Of a stretch of 64,000 nt of DNA, positions 28,236 through 35,434 are shown piece by piece. The first letter of the stretch is position 1; every line of letters begins with the position of its first letter. The notes beneath the pieces are model-generated. The model searched no databases. It was given only the letters and a program-made list of their open reading frames with translations, and was not told where the DNA came from. This stretch comes from an uncultured Clostridia bacterium. GTDB taxonomy: Bacteria > Bacillota > Clostridia > Lachnospirales > CAG-274. The stretch is from contig CANQVZ010000005.1 of the NCBI GenBank assembly GCA_947627425.1, forward strand, positions 6,117 to 70,116. Direction: 5' to 3'. The position numbers and the translations under genes are program-made.

Positions 28236-29324
28236 ATGAATGTTGCAATTGAAACCAAATATCCGGGAATGATTTTGCAGGAAGAACTTTTACATCAGTC
28301 AATGTCACAGAAAGAACTTGCACTTAGAACCGGAGTGACAGAAAAACACATAAGCACTGTGATAAATGGGTTAAAGAATATATCACCATCGTTTGCACGA
28401 AAATTAGACATTGCACTTGGGTCTAAAAAGGGATATTGGCAGGAAATACAAGCCCAATATGATCAGCAGCAAATTGAATATGAAGAAGAAAATGGAATAA
28501 CTCAAAATGAACTTGATATTTTAACACGATTAAAAGATATTATTGACTATTTTATACATAAGGGTATATTGTTTAATAATTGTGGCAAAGCTCAGAAAGT
28601 TATTCAACTTCGTAGCGTACTTCGTGTAAATAATCTAATGTCAATTGAAAAAATCAGCTATAATGCGTCTTATCGTGCTCAAATAAAAAAATGTACCAAT
28701 ATTGATCGATATGTATTGTTTGCATGGCAAAGGTTGTGTGAAATAAATACAGAAAATATTGATGTTAAAAATTCTTTTGACCGTGACAAATTGTGTCAAA
28801 GTATTGAGGATATTAAAAATGTGATGTTTATGCAAGACATTAATGATGGAATATGCCGTCTAAAAGAAATATTTTTGGAATGTGGTGTCGCTTTTGATGT
28901 TGTACGACATTTTCATGGAGCACCTGTTCAAGGATTTATTAAAGAAACGGATTGTGGAAAGATTATTTTATGTCTTACAATAAGAGGAAAAAAAGCAGAT
29001 AGATTTTGGTTTAGTTTGTTTCATGAAGTTGGGCATTTACTAAACGGAGATTATAATATACGCTTTGTGGATTTTAGTTCAGTTAAAAATGAGAATGAGG
29101 AAAAGGCAGACTTGTTTGCGAGAAATATTTTGATTTCCCCTGATAAGTATCGTTTATTTATTGAAAGTGGTAAATACACAAATTTACTTGCGATTAAGCA
29201 ATTTTCAGTGGATGTTCACATTCCATATTGGATAGTTATTGGAAGACTTCATAATGACGAATGGCTTGATTGGAGTACATTTAATGATGAGATACCAAGT
29301 TATAGTTGGGTAGATGAATTTTAA
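28236..29324 (+). CDS. Fusion protein: N-terminal HigA/XRE-type HTH plus C-terminal ImmA/IrrE (COG2856, M78) zinc metallopeptidase
   Basis: The HTH region is PGMILQEELLHQSMSQKELALRTGVTEKHISTVINGLKNISPSFARKLDIALG. The HExxH motif is FSLFHEVGHLLNGD. 362 aa. Confidence 0.85.
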   Translation: MNVAIETKYPGMILQEELLHQSMSQKELALRTGVTEKHISTVINGLKNISPSFARKLDIALGSKKGYWQEIQAQYDQQQIEYEEENGITQNELDILTRLKDIIDYFIHKGILFNNCGKAQKVIQLRSVLRVNNLMSIEKISYNASYRAQIKKCTNIDRYVLFAWQRLCEINTENIDVKNSFDRDKLCQSIEDIKNVMFMQDINDGICRLKEIFLECGVAFDVVRHFHGAPVQGFIKETDCGKIILCLTIRGKKADRFWFSLFHEVGHLLNGDYNIRFVDFSSVKNENEEKADLFARNILISPDKYRLFIESGKYTNLLAIKQFSVDVHIPYWIVIGRLHNDEWLDWSTFNDEIPSYSWVDEF

Positions 29325-29559
29325 TGTAAATGCAACAATATAGGAGGCGGTTAAATTGCCCTATTTAAAAATTGACACAGAGAAAACGCATTGAAAAGCT
29401 GTTGGCGCAGCAAAACAATGCGTTTAGGAAATTATGCTTGCGCATAAATATACTACAACATTAGTATGGCATAGTTTCTTCCCTGTTGTCAATAGACAAT
29501 TTAAACAAAAATATATTTATTAATTTGAATTACCTGCGGGGAAGAAAGGAGTTATACTG

Positions 29560-30315
29560 TTGAAAAAAAACAAAAATCTTGAAAAGCTATTGAATTTGAG
29601 TTATCTTAAATTTGCCAATAAGACTGTTTCTCGTGGTTGTATGGATATGCCAGCCATAAACTGTAATATTTCGGTTTTTCCGGATTATATTGCTTTGTAT
29701 GGGCAGAAAAATCTTTATCACAAGACAGTTCACACAGCAGTTGCGTTCTTTCAATACGATAGTGATTTTGATGGAAAGAATGGCTTGTATTGGGCAATAT
29801 ATTATGATGTAAAAGAACGTTTAAAATATTTTAAAGAACGTTTTAAGGGAGTAAAATATGTTATTATCCCTGATTTTTCAGAACTTGGCGACATTCATAA
29901 AATAGAGAATAATTATCGTCTGTTTAAAGGGCGTATTATTGGATTGTGGTTTATGTTTGAGATTGGTGCGGTTGTTATACCGAACATTACTTTTCCTACT
30001 GCAGAAAGCAAGGATTTTGCTCTCGATGGATATGAAGAATGCTCTGTAGCAGCAATCAGTACCAAAGGTCATATGGATGATTTTGCTGAAAATATGCGAT
30101 TACGTGAAAATATTCGTTTAACTGTTGATAAGTTACCAAACTTAAAGGCATTTATAGTATATGATGTGTGTGGGACAAATGATGCAACTTTTGATACATT
30201 TTCTTATGCCAGAGAAAAGAATATAGAGATAATTATACCGGATAACGCACTTAAAAGTCGCAATATAGCTTTACATGAAAAAAGATGTGAAGTTAAAAAG
30301 GCGGTGATAATATGA
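29560..30315 (+). CDS. Hypothetical protein, possibly DUF4417 family
   Basis: 251 aa. TTG start with a GAAAGGAG RBS. The segment from YVIIPDFSELGD to VVIPNITF resembles my recollection of DUF4417. The family call needs an HMM search. Confidence 0.6.
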   Translation: MKKNKNLEKLLNLSYLKFANKTVSRGCMDMPAINCNISVFPDYIALYGQKNLYHKTVHTAVAFFQYDSDFDGKNGLYWAIYYDVKERLKYFKERFKGVKYVIIPDFSELGDIHKIENNYRLFKGRIIGLWFMFEIGAVVIPNITFPTAESKDFALDGYEECSVAAISTKGHMDDFAENMRLRENIRLTVDKLPNLKAFIVYDVCGTNDATFDTFSYAREKNIEIIIPDNALKSRNIALHEKRCEVKKAVII

Positions 30316-30854
30316 ATCATGCAAATTCGGGACTTGCACATGGGACAAGTGGTTCTCCACAGCTTACTATAGAAAATGGTGAAATGGCAGTTAAAGCAAA
30401 GGAAAATGCAGATAGTGTATTAAAAACATATCCGGGCAATCGAACATACGAAGAATATGTGGATTTAGCAAGAGATCCATCGCACGGGAATAAAGTTCTT
30501 CCTCAGGGACGTAAAGAAAGAATGATTGGTTTAGATCTTGAACATCAAGGGAAACTACATAAAATTGTTCGTGACCCACAAAAGGATAAGGGAGCAGAAT
30601 TTATTGATGTTTATACAGGTATTAAATGGGACATAAAGAGCTTTGTTTCTCATCCTAATGGCTTGAATTCTGCTAAGGGTGCGTTTAGGTTGGATAGAGC
30701 TATTGCAAAAATAGAAAAGGAATTTGTCAATAATCACAATGTAATTATTGATACTCGAAGGCTTGTTAAATCTGATAGACAGGCACTTATGAAAGAAGTA
30801 AATGACAGAGGTTATTCAAATAAAATTATTTGGTATCATAAGAAGGGGGAATAA
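30312..30854 (+). CDS. Hypothetical small protein with a PD-(D/E)xK-like motif arrangement (putative nuclease/toxin)
   Basis: 180 aa. Its start overlaps the upstream stop as ATGA. The residues LDLEHQG, then AEFID, 9 residues, then WDIKS fit an E...D...(D/E)xK pattern. This is motif-level evidence only. Confidence 0.55.
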   Translation: MNHANSGLAHGTSGSPQLTIENGEMAVKAKENADSVLKTYPGNRTYEEYVDLARDPSHGNKVLPQGRKERMIGLDLEHQGKLHKIVRDPQKDKGAEFIDVYTGIKWDIKSFVSHPNGLNSAKGAFRLDRAIAKIEKEFVNNHNVIIDTRRLVKSDRQALMKEVNDRGYSNKIIWYHKKGE

Positions 30855-30857
30855 CGA

Positions 30858-31460
30858 GTGAACAATAATCTTGAAGATATTTTTAAAAGACATAAAATAT
30901 GGCTTGATTCAGAAAACGATGATGGCAGACAACTTGTTCTTGAGAATATTAATATGGAAATACTTACTGATGAACAGATGAAATTGTTATGCGAATCAGT
31001 TCTTATTGAATGTAATTTTACGAATTTGCATCTTAATAATAAAGATTTTTATCATATAGAAATGCATTCATGTACTTTTAATAACAATATATTTGAAGTA
31101 ATATATTTAATTAAAAGTGAGATAAATGATACGCGGTTTACAGATGTAACAATTAATAATTCAAACTTCAGTAATGCAGAATTTTTTGATTGTAATTTTT
31201 CAAACTGTGATATAAAAGATTCAACATTTATAAATGCGGGTGTTTGGAACCCTGTTTTTAGTGAATGTATTTTTGAAAATGTGGATTTTGATAATGCTTA
31301 CTTTGAAAATGTTAGAATATCAAAAACTAAATTTAAAAATCCAATCAACCTTAAAAAGGTAAAAAAACTTACCTTAAACATAGGAACAGATGAAACCCCA
31401 CAGTTATTGAATACAGAGAAGTCAATAGAATGGATTGAAACAAACTTAATATTAAAATAA
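30858..31460 (+). CDS. Pentapeptide repeat-containing protein
   Basis: 200 aa. GTG start 3 nt after the upstream stop, with an AGGGGG RBS. It has consecutive A(D/N)LxX-like pentads, for example CNFTNLHLNNKDFYH, NSNFSNAEFFDCNFSNCDIKDSTF and ENVDFDNAYFENVRI. Confidence 0.85.
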   Translation: MNNNLEDIFKRHKIWLDSENDDGRQLVLENINMEILTDEQMKLLCESVLIECNFTNLHLNNKDFYHIEMHSCTFNNNIFEVIYLIKSEINDTRFTDVTINNSNFSNAEFFDCNFSNCDIKDSTFINAGVWNPVFSECIFENVDFDNAYFENVRISKTKFKNPINLKKVKKLTLNIGTDETPQLLNTEKSIEWIETNLILK

Positions 31461-31544
31461 TGTAATTATTATCCTCAAAGAAGATTACCCACAGAAAAAA
31501 TAGAAAAGAGTGGTTGTATTTCAAATAAAATTTGTTCTTGTTGT

Positions 31545-31584
31545 TAAAAAAATTCAGTACCCAATAAAGGATACTGAATTTTTT
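31545..31584. repeat. Right copy of the 40-bp direct repeat (terminator hairpin) bounding the islet
   Basis: Identical to 27958-27997. It also serves as the terminator between the convergent pentapeptide-repeat and LRR genes. Confidence 0.9.
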
Positions 31585-31614
31585 TGATGTTCTTTTATTT
31601 AGTTTTTAATTTTT

Positions 31615-33582
31615 TTATTTTACCTTATAGGTAGCTGTTCTTGTGCTGTCGTCCCATTCAATGGCAACCTCAAGCGCGCTGCCCAAAGCCCTGAACGGTA
31701 CGAACATTCTGTCGTTCACAATCTCGGCTTTAACGCCGTTTTCCATTTCTCTCGGGCTGTTGCCTACGAGCATTATATTACTTCCCGCAGTGAACTTTAT
31801 TACCTTGCTGCCCGTGGTTATTGTGGCTGTCTTTGTTGCCTGATCCCAGCTTACAGCCTTTGAATTGTCGGCGTCCTCAACATCTCCGCCCGCTATCGCA
31901 AGCGCCACAAATCTGAGAGGAACAAGAGTTGAATTGCTTGAAGCCTGAATATAAGCCGCCGAGTCGGTTTCATAGCTCTTGCTGCCTATTGTAATGGCTT
32001 TCTTGCCTATTGCTACCTTTACATCAGCTGAAAGCAGAGCCTCTGTTGTTGTCTCGGTCACGGCTTCTTTGAGCTTTGTTGTTGCTTCGGTGGCTGCCTC
32101 CGTTGTTGTTGTGGAAGTCTTTGCGTTTGATGAACGGCTGGGACCGCTTCCGCCGCCGCCGGAGGTCGTTCTCTTGTATGTAGTTGTCTCTGTGCCCGTT
32201 TCCTTTACAGCTGTAGTTGTTTCCGTGCTTGACTCCGCAACAGTAGTGGTCTGCGGCTTTGTAGTGGGCGCAGCTGTTGTCGGCTGAGTAGTAGGCTCCT
32301 TAGTAGTTGTCTGCGTGGTAGTCTGTGTAGTGGGAGCCTTAGTCGTAGTCTGAGTAGTCTGCGGCTTGGTAGTCGGCGCAGCCGTGGTTGGTGTGGCCGT
32401 AGTCGGCTGAGTAGTGGGCTCCTTAGTAGTTGACTGAGTAGTAGTCTGTGTAGTGGGAGCCTTTGTTGTAGCCTGAGTAGTCTGCGGCTTTGTAGTGGGC
32501 GCAGCTGTAGTCGGCTGAGTAGTAGGCTCCTTTGTAGTTGCTTGAGTAGTTGTCTGTGTCGTTGTAGTAGTCGTAGTTGTGGTGGTTGTCGTTGTAGTCG
32601 TAGTGGTTGTGGTAGTTGTAGTCGTAGCGGGATTCATGTATTCGATTTTGAATCCGTTAGCTATAGCGAAGTCCTCTGCCGCTGACGGCTGCCATACCTT
32701 GAATACGAGCTTTTCTTTGTTACAATTAAGAAATGCGTTTGTATTTATTGACAATACAGAATCGGGTATGGTTATGCTTTCAAGACCATCGCAGCTTGAA
32801 AATGCGCGATCGCCTATAGATATTACGGAATCGGGTATAACAATATCCTTAAGACCATCGCATCCTGAAAAAGCAGATGCTCCTATTGTGATTATTGTGT
32901 CGGGTATCTCCACATCCGTAAGCATTGTACATCCACTAAATGTGCTGTCGGCTATTGTGAGATAATTCTCATTCTTTGGAAGCTTTATGCTGCTGAGCAC
33001 GCTGCAGCTCAAAAATGCACCGCTGCCTATTGCCGCAATGCTGTCCGGGAGATTTATGGAAGCAAGCGACTTACAGCTTTTGAAAGCATCAGAACCGATC
33101 GATGTGATGCCTTCGGGAAGTGTTACCTTTGCAAGTACACTACAGTCTGAGAAAGCACTTCTGTCAAGACTTAAAAGTCCTTCGGAAAAAGTTACGCTTG
33201 CAAGACTATCGCAATTGTAAAAGGCAAGTGAATGAACACTTTTTACGGTAACGCCCTCTATTTCCGAGGGTATGTTTGCAACAACAATGTTTGAATCCGC
33301 ATCCGTTATCTCGCCCGTTGCGGTATCAAATGTAATGCTTCCGCCTGTCACCTGATACTGAACCTTTGTGCTTGCTGCGGCAAGCTCCGTAACATTGTCG
33401 CTCATTACATCGGCTTCGGCGGTCACTTCATTCGCGTCCGCTTCAATTTCCGCCTCGGGAGCGTAAACATCGCTGTCATCGGCAGACACTGCGTTTAAGC
33501 TTGCTCCTATAACGGCGAATGCCAGAGCAAGACTTATCAGTTTTTTAAACTTCATTTTCTTTTCCTCCTTGTTAGTATTCAA
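31615..33582 (-). CDS. Cell-surface protein: signal peptide, BspA-type leucine-rich repeats, Thr-rich linker, and a C-terminal copper amine oxidase N-terminal-like domain
   Basis: LRR_5-like repeats such as IPSEIEGVTVKSVHSLAFYNCDSLASVTF and LPEGITSIGSDAFKSCKSLASINLP. A poly-Thr/TTKEPTTQ linker. The C-terminal segment runs from LVPLRFVALAIAGG to RMFVPFRALGSAL. Confidence 0.85.
   Translation of the reverse strand: MNTNKEEKKMKFKKLISLALAFAVIGASLNAVSADDSDVYAPEAEIEADANEVTAEADVMSDNVTELAAASTKVQYQVTGGSITFDTATGEITDADSNIVVANIPSEIEGVTVKSVHSLAFYNCDSLASVTFSEGLLSLDRSAFSDCSVLAKVTLPEGITSIGSDAFKSCKSLASINLPDSIAAIGSGAFLSCSVLSSIKLPKNENYLTIADSTFSGCTMLTDVEIPDTIITIGASAFSGCDGLKDIVIPDSVISIGDRAFSSCDGLESITIPDSVLSINTNAFLNCNKEKLVFKVWQPSAAEDFAIANGFKIEYMNPATTTTTTTTTTTTTTTTTTTTTTTQTTTQATTKEPTTQPTTAAPTTKPQTTQATTKAPTTQTTTQSTTKEPTTQPTTATPTTAAPTTKPQTTQTTTKAPTTQTTTQTTTKEPTTQPTTAAPTTKPQTTTVAESSTETTTAVKETGTETTTYKRTTSGGGGSGPSRSSNAKTSTTTTEAATEATTKLKEAVTETTTEALLSADVKVAIGKKAITIGSKSYETDSAAYIQASSNSTLVPLRFVALAIAGGDVEDADNSKAVSWDQATKTATITTGSKVIKFTAGSNIMLVGNSPREMENGVKAEIVNDRMFVPFRALGSALEVAIEWDDSTRTATYKVK
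32245..32625 (-). repeat. In-frame tandem repeats encoding the poly-Thr and TTKEPTTQPTTAAPTTKPQ linker
   Basis: A run of about 22 Thr codons is followed by roughly three copies of a ~36-aa (~108-nt) Thr/Pro/Gln unit. Confidence 0.8.
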
Positions 33583-33599
33583 AATGTAAATTCATAACA

Positions 33600-33628
33600 A
33601 TTATAATACGCGTTTTGAATATTGTCAA
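33600..33628 (-). promoter_or_regulatory. Consensus sigma-A promoter of the LRR surface protein gene
   Basis: On the minus strand: TTGACA, a 17-nt spacer, then TATAAT. Confidence 0.6.
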
Positions 33629-33704
33629 GGGCATAATATTCTTTTTGAGTATAAATATAAGCAAAAATCAAATTATAATATAATGAAAACAGGGATGTGA
33701 TAAT

Positions 33705-34028
33705 ATGAACTTTGGGGAGAAACTCAGCAGTATTCTGGAAAGCAAGGAAATATCGCAGAAGGAATTTGCTTACACATTGAATATTGCACCTTCAACACTC
33801 AACGGCTATATAAAAAACAGGCGCCAGCCCGACTTTGAAACGCTCAGGAATATGGCGTTTGTACTGAATGTTTCGATTGACTTTCTGCTTGAGAATAACG
33901 ACGGCGGAGGTTTTGACATTACCGCCCGTGAAATATCGCTTGTTTCAAAGCTAAGGAATATGGACAAAAAGCAGAGAGACATAATATATGACCTTGTAAA
34001 TATAGTTTCGGTGAGAAATAACAAATAA
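33705..34028 (+). CDS. XRE family HTH transcriptional regulator
   Basis: HTH_3-type sequence SQKEFAYTLNIAPSTLNGYIKNRRQPDFETLRNMAFVLNVSIDFLL. 107 aa. Confidence 0.85.
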   Translation: MNFGEKLSSILESKEISQKEFAYTLNIAPSTLNGYIKNRRQPDFETLRNMAFVLNVSIDFLLENNDGGGFDITAREISLVSKLRNMDKKQRDIIYDLVNIVSVRNNK

Positions 34029-34087
34029 ATATTCGTTTTGAATATTAAAGCCGACGCAATACGCATCGGCTTTATTTTTTTTATGGT

Positions 34088-34999
34088 TTATTCTGTTTTT
34101 ATATATTTCGGTTCTCTTTTTACCATTATATCCACTGCGTGATTTATTACCTCTATATTTGCCTCGTTGAGATCTCCGCCGTATTCTCCGTCCGTTGTCC
34201 ACTTTATGAAATCGGGGCTTTCTATACTTATACGGCTTGTCTTGAAGCTGTGGAAAAGGCTGTTGTCAAAGCTCTTTTCGGCAAGACAGGCAATAATATC
34301 CTTAAGTATGTTTATATTGTGCGGTTTCCTTATAAGCAGCACCTCAAAAAGTCCGTCGTTAAGCTCAGCGTAGTTCTCAAACAATACCTTTATGCCCGCT
34401 ATGCTGTTTGAGTTGGACACAAGTCCGAGTATGACCTCATCCTCTATCACTCCGCCGTCCCAGCTTGCCTTTATTTTGTAGGTCTTTATATTGCCTAGCT
34501 CCTTTAATCCCGTGAGTATATATGCCTGATAGCCAAGTATATTTTTTATGGTCTGGGGCGTTTCATATGCTATGCTCGTGAATGCTCCGAAGCCTGCCAC
34601 ATAAGAAAAATATCTGCCGTTTATATTGCCTATGTCTATGCTGAAGGGCTTGCCGTCAACCGCCGTCATGAAGCTATCTCTTATGTCGGAGGGTATGCCG
34701 CTGCTCGCCGCAAAGTCGTTTGTGGAGCCGCAAGGTATATATCCCAGCAGCGGGCGCTTTTTAAGGCGCATAAGTCCGTTTATGGCTTCGTTAAGGCTGC
34801 CGTCGCCTCCGCAGCACACAATGTTGTCATAGCTGCTTCCCGTTCTTTCTATTATATCCGTTATATGTCCGCTGTACTGCGAGGTGTATACGGTCACTTC
34901 AAAGCCCTTGCTGTTGTAATAGCTTATCATGTCCGCAAGACATCCGCTTATTATGCCCCTGCCGGAATGCAGGTTTGCTGTTATGAGAAGTTTTTTCAC
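34088..34999 (-). CDS. Diacylglycerol kinase family lipid kinase (YegS/BmrU type)
   Basis: GGDGSLNEAINGL motif. The preferred start is the GTG at 34999, which has a GGGAGGG RBS. The track ORF extends to 35023. Confidence 0.85.
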   Translation of the reverse strand: MKKLLITANLHSGRGIISGCLADMISYYNSKGFEVTVYTSQYSGHITDIIERTGSSYDNIVCCGGDGSLNEAINGLMRLKKRPLLGYIPCGSTNDFAASSGIPSDIRDSFMTAVDGKPFSIDIGNINGRYFSYVAGFGAFTSIAYETPQTIKNILGYQAYILTGLKELGNIKTYKIKASWDGGVIEDEVILGLVSNSNSIAGIKVLFENYAELNDGLFEVLLIRKPHNINILKDIIACLAEKSFDNSLFHSFKTSRISIESPDFIKWTTDGEYGGDLNEANIEVINHAVDIMVKREPKYIKTE

Positions 35000-35434
35000 A
35001 TTCTTACCCTCCCTTTTTATCACATAATATCACAAATATTGCTTTCATACAAGTATATAGCGGAAAAAAGTGTAAACACTAGCTATAGAGGCGAATTTTA
35101 CCCGACGGCAGCGGGCGCCATGCAGTCTAAAACAGCTTGCAGCCCACGCTTTAAAGCGGTTTTTCCCTACAGATGCCGTGATAATGGACTTCCGAGTTCA
35201 CAAAAAATATACATCTTATGGTTGTTTTGCATAAAATATTGTTTTAGTTTAACATAAAAATTGTTAAAATAGAGAGTTCTAAAAATTGGCATTTTATGTT
35301 ATAATGTTACCATTGCTTGATATAAGTTTCACAATGTTATAAATGTGTCATTTGTATCGGGGCTTTGATGATGTTTTAAATACGGAGGCGATAAACACTG
35401 CGCTTCCATAGGCATTTGAAAGGAGAAACAAAAA

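Noticed and set aside
27998-31544. Integrase, transposase or recombinase inside the islet, searched likewise in 40579-45021
   Set aside because: All ORFs of 60 aa or more on both strands were read. None shows tyrosine recombinase (R..HxxR..Y), serine recombinase or DDE motifs. The islets therefore cannot be called autonomous mobile elements.
32245-32640. Possible CRISPR-like or non-coding repeat array
   Set aside because: The repeats are in frame within a long ORF and encode a Thr/Pro-rich linker. There is no repeat-spacer architecture and there are no cas genes.
35024-35434. Long 410-bp region upstream of pgk, as a possible ncRNA or a missing gapA/cggR
   Set aside because: It contains no convincing ORF, conserved riboswitch core or stable extended structure. 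It probably holds divergent promoters and 5' UTRs. Part of it is the repeated promoter-like 34-mer noted in the findings.
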